DNA of 51,461 nucleotides, the filler included, from Diploschistes diacapsis (lineage: Eukaryota): assembly GCA_023645945.1 (NCBI GenBank). It is 3 parts of 3 records of this genome, joined end to end, with 100 filler letters (N's around TTAATTAATTAA, not from the genome) between each part and the next. Parts side by side here need not be neighbours in the genome. Positions count along the whole stretch, not along the records: positions 1 to 17,095 come from JALAIB010000470.1; 2 more parts are not named here. One strand, given 5' to 3'. How positions within the stretch are numbered: position 1 is the first letter of the stretch; each line of letters opens with the position of its first letter. The notes under the pieces are model-generated. The model was not told the origin of the DNA. It saw only the letters and a program-made list of their open reading frames with translations, and did not search any database. A program made the translations under genes and the position numbers. This document shows, one piece after another, positions 1 to 13,130 of this stretch.

Positions 1-3
1 CCC

Positions 4-1117
4 TCAAATCTCCACCACCGGCGTCGCCTCCCCTCCCCTCGGCACCTCCCCTTTCCCAACCACAACATCCTCCGTGGCCGGCACTTCGTTCTTCTTCTTT
101 CCCACCAGCGACGGGAACTCAAACACCTCGCTCCTCCCGCCCTCCATATCCCGCCATCTCCGCGCCACCTTCCCCAGCAACGACCGCGGCGCACCCCCGC
201 CTACCGCAGAAGACGAAGAGGCAGAAGACAGGCTGTCCTGCCACTGCAGCGCCCCGACCCACGGCTGCACGTTCCAGCCGACCTCAAGCCGCACGCCCTC
301 GCGCTCGGCCAGCTGGCCCGAGATGTCGGTGATCTGGTACTTGGGCTTGACGTTCTTGATGGACACGATACCCGGCGGCGCGTCCGGGTCTGGCTTCGAG
401 GGGTCGGGCTTCTTCTTTTTGGTCTCCTTTCCCTTCGCCTTCTGAGTCTTGGTTTTGGTGTCTTTTCTCGCAGACGGAGGGAAGCCGCTGTTCGTCGTGC
501 CGAGGAAGGACCAGACTGAGGGCGGGTGCAGCTGGGCGGGGGAGTTGATGATGTGGTCCCAGATTATGGCGGTCGAGGGGGAGGTTTGTGTTGAGCTGGA
601 GTTTGGATTGGAGGAGGGGTAGGTGGCGGCAACGTAGAGGAAGACTTGCTTTGTGTTCCATGTGAAGAGGGACGTTAGGTCTGTTGAGGGAGATGGGAAT
701 CAGCGAGATAGAAAGGGGAAGGGGGAAGGGGGAAGGGATGGCATAATTGTCCGCGCCGAGGGTCGGCTGGGTATGTAGAGAATTCAAGAGAAAAGGTGGA
801 GGTAGAGGGTAAACGGTAAAGGGACGAACCGGCTTCCAGATCGAACTTGATATGCGCGTATTCCTCGCGCTTGCTCGAATAGTAATTCGGCCGACCTTTG
901 ATACTGTGCAGATCCCACAATTAGCTCCTCTCTCCCACACCATACAAACACCGTGGTTGATGGTGAAGACTTACACCTGCACGTTCCGCACCTGGACGCT
1001 AGCGGACGGAGACTGCGGGAAAAAGAGGACGGAAAGGGCGATTAGGCCGGCGACACTGAAGGTAACGGTCGTGAAAAAGCCAAAAACATTCTGCACGCGA
1101 ACGAGGGAGGAGTGCAT
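4..1117 (-). CDS. SPC3: Signal peptidase complex subunit 3 (SPC22/23 family); exons 1117-975, 903-830, 680-4
   Basis: MHSSLVRVQNVFGFFTTV..., KGRPNYYSSKREEYAHIKFDL, DLTSLFTWNTKQVFLYV, WNVQPWVGAL are typical fungal Spc3 segments; GT-AG introns 974-904 and 829-681 restore one frame. Confidence 0.92.
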
Positions 1118-1497
1118 GCTGGAAATAACTCCTCGGGAAGGGGATGATGTTGTTGCAGGGTAGAGCTGCAATTATTTGAAGCTACATCGCCTCAGCCCTA
1201 TGGGTTCCACGGCGGAGAGCGAAAGCACGAAGCACTCCTCAGGAAAGCATGAAGCGCTCCTTGGAGCAGATACCAATAAGCAATACGCAGAATCATACTC
1301 AATGCGGTGCTCAAATTGCTTTGCATGCTTTGCATTATCTATAACGGAAATCATCAAAGATGAGGATAGAGACATTTGCCTAGACCAGATATGTACACTA
1401 CGAGCCTCTCCCTTTCAGGAGACTGTCACGGCTATAATCGATGCTACACGAAACGCCATGATGGGGTATCAATGCACAAGATCCAATCCAGCAAAAT

Positions 1498-4400
1498 TTA
1501 CTCCCACGCTCTATGTTGAACGGCAGCAGTGCCACGGCCTCTATTGCCTCCTCTCGGACCTCTACCACCATTGCCTCCGCGACCACGACCACGACGTCCG
1601 CGTCCTCGAGTGGCTGTTGCATCGAGGCTTGCTGGTGGTGGCTCATTGTGATGCGGCTTTGGGGCGAATTGAGGAACAGACGAGATAACAGCATCATCAG
1701 GATTTTGGGTAACCTCGCTTGCATAGGTAGCTTGATGCTGTATGTTAATGTACCCTAGACGATTGACGGACGAGCCATTGCCACGGCCACCTCTGCCAGA
1801 ATGTCTATAGGGTGGTCCTCCACCACCACGGTGGCCTTTCATAGGACCACCACGGATCGGAATGGTCTGCGGATGGCCATTTGTTAAGACACCGTTGCTC
1901 ATACCACGACCACGGATATTGCCCGCATGGCTGGTGGGTGCGCCGCCAGCAGCACCTCGAAAAGAGCCCCTCAATGGAGGCGGGGTTTGGGCTGGAATGA
2001 GCTGACCACGTCCGCCAGGCCCAAGCGGTGCGCCTAGACCATTGGCAACGACGGGCTGAGTGGCACGCTGAGGCATTCTGGCTTGTCCAGCTCTGGAATG
2101 AACCTCGAGCTGTCTGTTCGAGAGATTCAACACCGATGAACTTGGAACGGTGGAACCTCGGAATGGTGAACAGCGGTCATTCAACGATGTGCCGCTCATA
2201 AAGGTTGCGTCGAAAACAATATCAAGGAGCGTTACCCTGGCTGTACGGGTAAGCCCAACAACAGTCCCTTTGCTCGCGATCGGAACTCTTCCGGAATCCT
2301 GGACGTATACGACCCGGTTCCCTATAGCGAAAGTCTGATTGTTGAGACGCTGTTCCGCATCCGATGGCTTCAGGAGAGCATTCCGGGGCATCCCTTTGAT
2401 CTTCTTGCCATCGGTTGCCGAATGGATTTGGAACATCTCGTCTGCCGCTTTTTCAAGTCTCAAGACGACTTCCGAATCTAATTGCTGCGCATCAAGGGGT
2501 ACCTTCTCAAAATTCTTCGATTCTATGGATTTCAGCCAACCCTGAATCTCTTTGATGTTCGCCAACGCTTCGTTCTCGGGGTAAAAATCTGTAGCTGTGT
2601 ACGTCTCCCCCTTGGGAAGTTGTTGTACTTTAGCGATGAATACCGGAAATCTGATCATGTACTGGCGCACTAACTCGATGGCCTTCTCGCTGAACTCCCA
2701 CCCGGTAGAACCTCGACGGGAGTAACCGAGGACCTTCAGCTTCTTCGCCTCGAACTTGAGGTTCAGGCCAAGATTGACGCGTGTACCATATAAGTCGACG
2801 TGGAAAGAAGCAGTCAGCTTGCTTAGAACAAGTGGGTTGAGGCTCAGCATTTTCGCAACCGCATACGAAGGCATATATGGCGCGAGTCGCTCAGCCTCAC
2901 GAATGATTTGAGCTGCGAAGTCAGATTCTTGACCTTTCGCCAAAGAAATCCAGACATCCGCCCGGTTCTGGAAATGCCGAGTCACCTGTAGAGGGCGACC
3001 GTAGCCGTATTCTGCAACTGAAAATGCTCGTGTTCCGATAGGAAATTCTTCTTCTATAGGCAAGGCCGCTTTCTCAATAAAGCGCTGGTCCTCGCTCTCT
3101 ACCTCGTCAACGATCATCTGCGTAGCATAATCTGTATCCATGCCAGGTATGATGCCGTACTCCTTCACGGTCGCGCCTTGCTCGGTTTTCTTTAGGCCTT
3201 TAAGAGCCTCAACATGGACAAGCGAATCGATTTCGCCAATCACCATGCCTAGCCTCTTGCTATATGTCTTCTGGATACGATCCGCATTTCTCTTCCAGCT
3301 TGCAATCTCAGCTGGTCCATGTGGAACAGAGATAGGCGGCGCCCCTTCCTTTGGTCCTGACAGGTAGTCAAAGAGTTCGTCCGATACTCTGACAACCTTC
3401 GCTTCTGACAGGAACGGAAAGCCAACATAGCAGCGTTGACCAAGTTGCTTCTTAGCGTACTCAACGCCCGATCTAGCATCGGCGTCGAGTATCGTGACGA
3501 TCATGCTCTCGTTCCGGCTGTCCTGCTGGAAAACGCTGACTCCGTGAAACGATAGGGCACCGCTAGTCGGTATGGTGTCAAGACTTGGAAACCCGGCGAG
3601 TGCTGAAACCCCCAATTTCACACCTTCCATTAAACCGACATGAACATCCAAACCTTCCATGGTGGGAAGGTCATAAATGTTCTCAACGCAGCGACAGTGT
3701 GGCAGCTCTGGAAAAATGCCTGGCAGCGAAGACGGATATGTGAAATCCAGCTCTTCGGAGAAGGTGAACTTTAGCGAAACACCAAAATCGTTTCGCATTT
3801 TCTGGTCACTGCTGAGGAGGTGATCTTTTGTTGCCATGGCGTCTAAGAGACGCTTTTCTTCGATGAATGGAATTTTCACTACTGCCTCCCACTCCATTTT
3901 CTTACCGTTCATATCAAGCTCGAAGTCTCGAGGATAAAAGTCAATGATTGGAGATTCAGGGCTCGTCATGAGATCATGATAGACTTCTGGAACGATCTTT
4001 TTGCTTCGATCGGGTAATACCCCCATCAATTGCTGGAAAGGCCTAAAGGGTTGCCCTAGCTTAAAGTTCAGATCTGCTTGGAGGCCTTTCTTGACATCTA
4101 GAGAGTACTCGGTTAATTGTGAACAGTAAAGAACAGACAGAACCTACCCGAGATCATTGGGGCATAATGATACTGGTAGAACCAGGGCCAGGATGCCACT
4201 CCTCGATAGTAGTAAAACAGCACCCATTGCAGCCCCTGAACGTAGTTTTCTGCCAATTTCCGCATCTCTTCGGTATTATCGACGCCCCAGTCATATTTCT
4301 CCTTGTAGTACTTGTTCTTCCACTGCTGAAATTTCTCCTCGTACTTCTTGTTGGCTTCATCCTTCATTTCCTCTGCAGTGACGTCTACTACCTTCGTATT

Positions 4401-5911
4401 ATCATAGCGCTTGACGACTCGTAACAAAGCCAACTGAGCTTCTTCTTCCTCTTCGTAATCATCCTCATCATCGTCCACAACAACCTTTTTGGGAAATTTC
4501 AAGCGCAGGTGCCTCTCTCCCTTCTCGTTCTCAACTGTTTCCCTTTCCAGATGAAGATCGTCAGCAAGACGATCTACAAATTTTCTATCCCGGGCTGGAA
4601 GAGTAGAAGGCATGTTCAATGGGCCCTGCTCCCCTGTTGCTGGCCAGCTGCTGACAAATTCCTTGACAGTCTTAAAAAGCTTCTTTTGTTCTGACGATAA
4701 CACCAGCTCCTCTGGTTTCTTACTATTACCTTTCCTCATAATATCCTCCTTTTCCATCTGCTTCCCTTTGAACCATTTTGCATCCTGAACTTCAGCCTCA
4801 AAAAATCGATACTCAACAGCAGCAAGTTCATCCAGAAGCAACGCTAGCCGCCGCAAGTCAATGACGCCGCGCTCGTTGATATAACCGCCAGCTTTTGGTA
4901 ACACGTCCTTGTAAACCTTAAACATGACAGCCAGCGCACCTTCATTAATGTGAAGATTAGGCAGATTCGGCAAGAAATCATTGCCAACAAAGAAGGCCAT
5001 CAGTATGAAATCGTCAATTACTCGTTCCATATTGAAAGCAAACTCCATGACTCCGGGCTCTTTCAGTTGCTGGAATTCTAATTCCAAATATTCACGCACA
5101 ATACATAAATGCATCAGGTAAAAGTTTTGGTGCTCCAATTCCTTGGATTTTTTCTGGCTTTGTCGGCCAAAGGTGACCTCTTCTCGGAGAAGGCAGAAAT
5201 GTGGGTCATGACTGAGAAGCCCCAGCATGATGAGATCCGCATCCAAGCCATACAAACAATGGCGCATATTCGGGTCGTAATCTCTCTGTGCTTTAGCATG
5301 ACGGATGTATTCCATGATCTTGTGTTCCCCTTCCCCAGGCACTTCATGCCCCGACAAGATGACCTCTACACCCTGCCAATCAACATCTTCGGATACCTTT
5401 TTGCTAATAAAGTATTTCAAATGTCGTGTCAACTTAGCCATGAACTCTGTTCCGGGGGTAATGCAGTTGCTGTCGAACGCGTCCTCTGTGGGCATCTCCA
5501 CACCGTTTTTGATGGCCTTCTCCTTTGCTTGCTCAGCATCTAGCGCAGTCCTGAACCGCCTCGATCTTTGTTGGTTCATCTTCGCTCTGGGCGCGACACC
5601 ATCTATGGCCATGAAGAACAGCTGCCTAGGCTTGATCTTAGAAAATAGATGCTCAATATAGTTGAAGATCGCGATGAACATCTTGTCTTCGGTCATGCGA
5701 AACGTTGGAGAGTCCGAGTCCTTGTGCGTACAGTTATGTATGATCCCGTTCATGTCGAGATATAGGCAGTCGAACTCGGGGATGCGGTTCTCCGCGATCA
5801 GCTGCGAGATCGCAGGATACCGCTCGCTGAGCCATCGGCTGCGCTAATCAGAGTAGAACTAAAAGAATCATCTTTGCCAGTCTAGACTCACAAAAACTTT
5901 GGCACACCCAT
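1498..5911 (-). CDS. XRN1: 5'-3' exoribonuclease 1; exons 5911-5892, 5838-4148, 4097-1498
   Basis: MGVPKFFRWLSERYP start, DMNGIIHNC, AIDGVAPRAKMNQQR, PGEGEHKIM, YGLDADLIMLGL, VGNDFLP motifs; long C-terminal region with SH3-like part and RG-rich tail fits Xrn1 rather than Rat1; canonical introns 5891-5839, 4147-4098. Confidence 0.97.
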
Positions 5912-6760
5912 GGCTAGATTGAAAGTGTAGGAGAGGCTCTACTTTGGGGATTGTCTACCCTGTAGTAACTGATTGTCAGCCAACCATCCGAAGTCGAGAT
6001 GCTTCGAATTTAGAGAACAAAGAGCGTACTTCTTGCACAAGCACTCATTAGTCGTTAACAAAACTCAACAGCGAAGTTTAGGGAAGTAGGGAAAGATATT
6101 TTGAGCGGAAAAGCAAGGTAGTTCAGCAACTGATGATGATGAGGCTCTCTGACTGTATGTACTCTGAAACACTCCCACTCGACTCGACGAAAGATGCGGG
6201 AAGTGGGAGAACCGATCGAGGTTAAGCCTATGTTAGTTAAGATCAGCCCTACGTCGCAATAGTTCCCGAAACGGACCTTGACTTTGACACTCGTAGACCT
6301 CAGTCATCACTCATTTGAGACCTGCCATTTTGTTCATGTTATTCGAATCTCTCTGCCGGGGTATATTCGGAGGGTTACGGTTGTTGTTAGTGTGGCAGCA
6401 AAGCGAGGAGAGGAACAATAACGCTTCAAATGAAAAAAACGACCGCTAGTGATACCTCTACTTCCGTATCTAACATTGTTGATGCGTATCAGCGCATTAC
6501 ACAGCTTGGAGGTCTCCTCACACCAAACATGACTGACTGTCTAATTACAACTCCCATCATGAGTCATATATATATCAATTGATGGCTCCAATTTTTCACA
6601 TTAGAACATACGTTTCCATCATGCGTGCCTTCGATGTCTGACGATTTTTTCTGTATATATACTTGAACATGCCTCAACGGCATACCGGCCGGCCATGACC
6701 CGAAAATGAACGTATAGACACGCCCGCACTTGGCGCGTTGTAAGCCTTTCAAATTGGCTA

Positions 6761-8440
6761 TCAATATCGCTGTCCATCAGATGGGAACAATAGATCCCAC
6801 GCAAAAGTGTCGTCTCCCCAGCTCCACATCATAGGGTCATCAAGACCTGGAATAGGAGTATCAGTGGAGGGCTCTGGTGATTTTGTCTGCGGCATGCAGG
6901 CTTCTAAACTCCTCAAGCCACTTGCCTTGCGGTCCCTCGCCAGCCTTACTAAGGAATTGGCTACCTGCACTGTATCGAACAGCTTTGACACTTGCTCTAG
7001 CGTTGTTACTGCCTTCCTCATACAACAGAAGCTTTGTGGAGAATCGATTGCTAAGCAAGCGCAGACAAATTGAATGGACAAGATGTTGTGTTCCACGGAA
7101 GCTGCTTGGATGCTGGCCGTGACACCGCCTCCAGTGCCGAAGACCCAGCGGCGATTAGGCGGTTTGTTGAATCCTTAGACAATCGGAATAGTAGGAGGCG
7201 TAAGCACCGGTACATGGCGAAATCATGTCCGCTTTCAGAAGTTCATGGAAGTCGGTATCCACGCTAAGGTGCATAAGTCATCCAATCTCGATAAGAGCAT
7301 TGTTGATTTATCCTCCATTTTGTCGGGAACGAACTTAGGCCTCACATAATCGCCTAGCGTAATGAAAGTCGTGGAGTATTGCTATCAGCTCGTGGTTTGC
7401 GGCAGGTGACATCAAGATGGATCTTGATCCTACCATACTCGCATGATACTGCAGCGTTCAGAGACCAGCCTACCCAGAACCAACGCCTCCTGTACTCGAT
7501 CTCTGCGTTATCTATCATAGCCGCTGATGAGGGTGGCGAGAATGGAGCGGAACCCTGATCCTTGTAGAGGCCTATCGATTCTAATATATGCGTAAGCGCG
7601 CAAGAAGACAACCAGGCACCGTTTGGCCGGGTCGTCAGTCGTAAGTATACAGTGTGCAAGATCCAGGCGGCAATATTGTTGATGGTGGGGTAGTAGATCA
7701 CGGAGCTACTCTGGACAACTTCCTTAACAGTTTTCAACAATCTCCACTCGTTGGGTTGTGCTGAGCCGCCAGCAAAGAATGAGCCTAAGGCGGTTACTCC
7801 GCAAATAACACAGTCGTAGGCTCTATCCTCGACTGTCCCGTTACAACTCTCTGTGACTTTCTTTTCATATACTGTGCGATCCAGGAACCCTATCTCATGG
7901 TGCACTATCGTGAAATAGATATCGGAAAGCCCACGCGCCTCATCTAGGGTCGGCAACGCCGCCACGTCCGCCACGGCCTCTGGTTCCATGCGAAACAATG
8001 GAAGCCTGGGTGCGTTCTCTGGACTGAACTCTGTTGCGAGTAATCGAGGAAACGCAACCGCCGAATATGCAGTCCGGAAATTGGAACGCACAGGATCCCT
8101 GAGACTAGGCTGCTCCGACTATGGAATGAAGGCCGGACCGCTTGAGCCGTTGGTATTCAGTGACATCGAGGGATTTTCAATTCCAGGACTGAGTCCAGAT
8201 ATATCATGGTGCGATATGACATCTGTCGCCGGGATTTGGGTGCTGGGCTCGGGCCCAACGCCTCAACGTAGGAGCAATTATACTCGAATTGGACACATTG
8301 TTGACAGGGCTCAGTGCCGTCACATTTGCGCTTTCTTATACTATAAGAATGTTAATTGAGGGGTTCAGCGGTTCGCAAGCATGCCGGTTTCGCTGTCGCC
8401 TAGAGCCACTTACTTGGAATACTTGTTGACCTTTTTCCAT
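6761..8440 (-). pseudogene. RDR1-like Zn(II)2Cys6 / fungal-specific transcription factor pseudogene
   Basis: ATG at 8440 gives MEKGQQVFQVSGSRRQRNRHACEP; next exon IRKRKCDGTEPCQQCVQFEYNC, but the second Cys and intron donor are missing. SAVAFPRLL, frameshifted RL-HCFAWN, SIQFVCACLAIDSP resemble Rdr1-family motifs; several stops and frameshifts. Confidence 0.75.
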
Positions 8441-8467
8441 GACCAACTAACCATGCGATGTCCACAG

Positions 8468-8824
8468 GTGGTCACTGGCTCTGGTACTGGCATTGAGTAT
8501 CCAGGTATGACAATTGTACCCTAGCGTGGTCCATCACCGAAAATGCGGGCCGTTACAACTTGAAGAACTGCGGCCATTGTGATCGGCCGATTCTACCAGA
8601 ACCTGGTCACGTGGAAACGTGAACCGTGTTTTGCTCCTGGCTTTTTCATGCGCGTTACAGTAGTAGAAAAGTACATCAAAGAACCGAACATCTTCGAGCA
8701 ACTGGTTACTGGTTCCATTCCATTTGACCGCTACTACTTCATGAACCGAGGGCATCTATTGTACAAGATTGAGTGGCAAGAACCCATGACTCCATTGCCC
8801 AAACCCAGTATCACGACCCACTAG
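8468..8824 (+). pseudogene. Possible short-chain dehydrogenase/reductase fragment
   Basis: Small exon 8468-8504 (branch ACTAAC, acceptor CAG, donor GTATGA) encodes VVTGSGTGIE (TGxxxGIG-like); downstream FAPGFF and SIPFDR resemble SDR C-terminal motifs; the middle is absent. Confidence 0.35.
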
Positions 8825-9135
8825 GGCAATACTGAGATCCTGGAGTGCCAACGCCGAGCAGTTTCAGCACTAGTTTGAAAGGCCGTCTTCGCTGGGGCAA
8901 ATGACTCGCTAATTTGCGACATCAGAAGATGTAGGCTAATTATGTGTTGTAAATGTATCCATCATGCCGCGGGCCACCACAAAGGGCTCTGAAAAGGCTA
9001 CCGCGGTCGCATGGTTCCAAGTATCCACAAGAAGAAATCGAGAAGTAAACGTAACTGGTTCGCCGCCGATGCATCCATTGAATCACGCTATGCACGCAGG
9101 CTAATTCCATGCAAAGTCGAAGAGAAGAAGCCGTG

Positions 9136-11068
9136 TTAGGAAATAACCGGCCAACGGGTCTTGAGCCCGTCTACCCATTTGCCGTAGAGTGCGTCGGCTA
9201 ATTGCTTGGTATGCTCCATGCCCGCGACTGCCTGGCCGGGCATATTCATCTGCTTCTCATCCAGGGAAGCATTCCTGGTAGACAAAACGGAGGATTGTCG
9301 GCGCCGATGGCTCTTCAAATGTGGATTGTTCTGTGCTAGAAGGAGCTTAGGCTTCTGAGGTGTTGCGGGTTGTGATGTCGGAAGGAGGCTTGAGAGCTTA
9401 GGATCACTGCAGGTTGTCAGCTGTGTTGAATCATAGAAAATTGACGTCTCGAACACTTACTTGGAAATCTTTTCGATAATGCCCTTCAGCAACCAATACT
9501 CCCCTTCCGGGTCATCGAGATCTAATGCGTTCAAAGCTTGCGCAGCACGCGAGATCGCTTCTCGTTTCTCGTTGCTTCCTGTTTGTGCGAAGACCTCCTG
9601 AAAAACTGGATCAATAGCTTTAGAGTACGCCCTTCTCGCTAATAAAGCCTCCTTGGTCACTGTTTCATTAAATGGCGGGCGGTTCTCATCCGTCCTCGCC
9701 ACGGTACCGTCGGGCGAAATCGTTGGAGAATTGTCGGACACCCTTCTGAACTGCCTTACAGAAGACCCACCATTGCCGAAATTTGAGTCAGGGGCTAATG
9801 GTTTCCGCTGTATATTCGCCACTCTTTGTGCGCTTGCTTTCCGTTTCTCCGGAGAAGCATATTGTGAGGGCGAGGCTCTTCTCTTGGTAGTAGCCCTTCG
9901 TACAGTAGAGGGTGGATTTTGGTCGTTCATGGCTTGCTCTTGGATCTCTTGCGGTGTGTCCTCAAGTGAGAGGTTCGCAATCATTTGCTCCGGGGCTTGA
10001 AGCACAGACTTCGATGGCTTTCTTCTAGATGAGGCCTTCCGCCGTTGTGTGGCCATGTCGACGTTGATCGTGGGCGCCTTTACCGTGTCAAACACCCAGT
10101 CATCGTCCTCTTCGGCGGAAGGAGCTTGTCTCAACGTCTCTTCATAGAACCTTGGGTGTGCTTGTTTGCCTTGGTCGGCATCGAACATTTGCCGGCGGAA
10201 TATGAGTTCTTGAAGCCCTTCCACCTTGCCAGCGCTGCGGATAAAGCGGTGCTGTAAAAGCTCCTTCGCCGTAGGCCTCTGTTCAGGGTCCTTGATTAAG
10301 CAAGAAGCCACGAAATCTTTCAAGTCTCTACTATAGTGAGGGCCTTCCAAGCGCGGGGCAGGCGATTTAGGAATGAGAAAGAGAACTTTCATTGGATGAA
10401 TTGCAGCATGCGGTGGTTCACAATGCAGCATCTCGATCGCAGTTATCCCAAGAGACCAGATGTCAGCCCTCGAGTCGTGGCCTGATTCTTGAATCACCTC
10501 TGGAGCCATCCAAAAGGGCGTCCCAACGAATGTATTTCGCATAGACTTGATATTAGACAGCTGAGCCGCTACGCCAAAGTCGGCCAGCTTGACTTTACCA
10601 GATTGCGCGAGGAGAACATTGGCAGCTTTAATATCACGATGTATCTTCCCTTCTCGATGTAGGTAGTCGAGCCCAAGAAGAAGCTCTCGGCAGATGATCG
10701 CAATGTGGCTTTCGTTGAAGGGGCCAGGTTTCAACTGTGGAATCAGCAAGTAGCCCGTTGAACGTTGGTAGGTAAATTACTAAGTCCTGGCACGACCCTC
10801 CACCGAGAAATTCCATAACAATCCATAGCTTGTATCCGCGCAAGAAGCTGGTCTTGTACTGCGTGACAAACGGGCTGGCGCAAGTTCGCAAGACGTTGAT
10901 CTCGCCTTGAATCTCCTGAATGTCTTCTTCACTTGTCTCAAGATCGATGTGCTTGATCGCAACAATCTCGCCGGTAGCCTTCTCAATAGCTTTGTAGACA
11001 ATTCCAAAACTGCCACTTCCAAGCTCTTCGAGCAATTGGTAATGGTTTGCAAGGTCGGACCCGTCCAT
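9136..11068 (-). CDS. STE20/GCK-family Ser/Thr kinase, Sid1/SepL-like; exons 11068-10781, 10734-9461, 9406-9136
   Basis: [36 protein letters not shown] kinase motifs; C-terminal LYGKW segment like Sid1-type kinases; introns 10780-10735 and 9460-9407. Confidence 0.9.
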
Positions 11069-11804
11069 TGTAGACACTCGTGGCAACTGCCGCCAAGGCA
11101 GGCCTCGTGATGTATAAAGGGAAAGAGCACGCAGGGTATCAAGGAGTGGCGAAGAATGTTTGGATACGAATGCTAAAAAAAGTCCTCCTGCCTGTCTGAA
11201 ATAGCGCACTAAGTTTCATATGAGTTCGGGAACCTGAGATGGTGCTTCACGATGTCAACAGTCATGTTGCGGGGCAACAGGGTGACCGCTCAATTGCTTG
11301 CGGCTAGTTTCTCTGGACCGGTTGATGATAGGAGTCTAGAATAGAGTAGGACTTGGCCTGACTTCGCAAAGAGTGCTTTGTTTAAGCTGGATCAACCGTC
11401 CTAAAGAAGAGATGACTATTGTAAGATCAAGTGAACTACTTCCTCCCTAGAAATTACTTTGTGGACTCATCATTCCAACTGGAGCGTAGGAAGATGAACA
11501 AATAACCCTACCCGCCATGACTTGACGTTTCGCTGCAAACAGTGAAACTATGCGACTTTTCTACAGGTTAAAGATAGGTCTGTAAAATGCTCCCAGTCCG
11601 CCCACGAAGTCATGAAGTTAATCTCGGAGGATCCAGAGAATTTCTGTATCTTGAATCCTTAATGAGCGATCGGGGATAAGAAAGCTCCGACCAGATTCAG
11701 CCCTACATAATCGCTTAGCGCCCGCACAAATAATCGCCCTCCAACTTCATCACGAAGTCGATGATTGTCAAGAATTAACAATACAAGCAGCGTTTGAGAT
11801 CAAA

Positions 11805-13130
11805 ATGGCTAGTCGACCTACGGTCACGATCATCTCACCCGATGGCAAGCCTAGCGATAAGACTCACCCGCTTCCAGCTGTGTTCAAGTCTCCAATCCGC
11901 CCCGATATCGTGCAGTAGGGATTTCGTGCATGAGGAACTACTGACCTAAAGCTGACAATACCTAGGAGCGTTCACACTGGTATGGCTAAGAACAAGAGAC
12001 AACCGTATGCTGTGAGCGAAAAGGCCGGCCACCAGACCTCAGCTGAGTCCTGGGGAACTGGTAAGATCCATCCACAATGTACCTGAAACAAAGCTGATAC
12101 TATGCTATCTAGGTCGTGCTGTTGCCCGTATCCCTCGTGTCTCCGGTTCCGGTACTCATCGCGCAGGTCAAGCTGCCTTTGGCAACATGTGCCGCAGTGG
12201 AAGAATGTTCGCTCCTACCAAAATCTGGCGCAGATGGCATCAAAAGATCAACCTAGGCCAGAAGTATGTTGTTACATTTATTCAAGAGAAACGACAATAC
12301 TAATCCATGAGTATAGGCGTTTTGCTACAGCCTCCGCTCTTGCCGCTTCCTCTGTACCCTCTCTACTCCTCGCCCGCGGACACCGGATCTCCACAGTACC
12401 TGAGGTGCCGTAAGTGCTCGCCGGGACTCCTCCTCATACGCAAGGTCTAACGTCGTGTAGCCTCGTCGTCTCTTCCAAAGCTTTCGAAGGCGCCGCTATC
12501 GCGAAGACTTCTGCAGCCGTTGCGTTTCTCAAAGCTGTTGGTGCCGGGCCCGATGTCACAAAAGTGAAAGCCTCCCGCAAATTGCGTGCCGGTAAAGGTA
12601 AGATGCGGGGCCGCCGCTACCGCCAGCGCCGGGGACCCCTCGTCATTTACGACCCAGAGGTAGATGGCAAAGAAGTTGTGCGCGCTTTCCGCAACATCCC
12701 CGGCGTCGAGACCTGTTCCGTCTTTGCGCTGAACCTCCTCCAGCTGGCGCCGGGTGGGCACCTCGGTCGCTTTATCGTCTGGTCCTCTGCTGCCTTCGCC
12801 GCACTGGACAAGATCTACGGTACCACGACTACCCCTTCGGCTCTCAAGAAAGACTTCTTGCTGCCTTCTAACATCGTCCTAAACGCGGATGTTGGCCGTC
12901 TAATCAACTCGAGCGAAGTCCAGGCCGTTGTTCGCCCAGCCAAGGGTACCGCTCGCACAAAACGCACGAACGTGCAGAAGAAGAGCGCCCTACGCAACAG
13001 GCAGATTCTGCTGCGTCTTAACCCGTACGCGGCCGCATTCTCGAAGGAGAAGCTGGGACAAACGAAGTTGAACGAGGGGAAGCCAGAGCGAGCCGGGGGC
13101 GAATTCCAAGACAACCTGATGACGGAGTAA
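11805..13130 (+). CDS. RPL4: 60S ribosomal protein L4 (uL4); exons 11805-11914, 11966-12060, 12113-12263, 12317-12409, 12461-13130
   Basis: [58 protein letters not shown]; four GT-AG introns maintain frame. Confidence 0.98.

Noticed and set aside
284..943. 219-aa ORF overlapping SPC3
   Set aside because: Crosses SPC3 introns in a non-coding frame; explained by the spliced gene.
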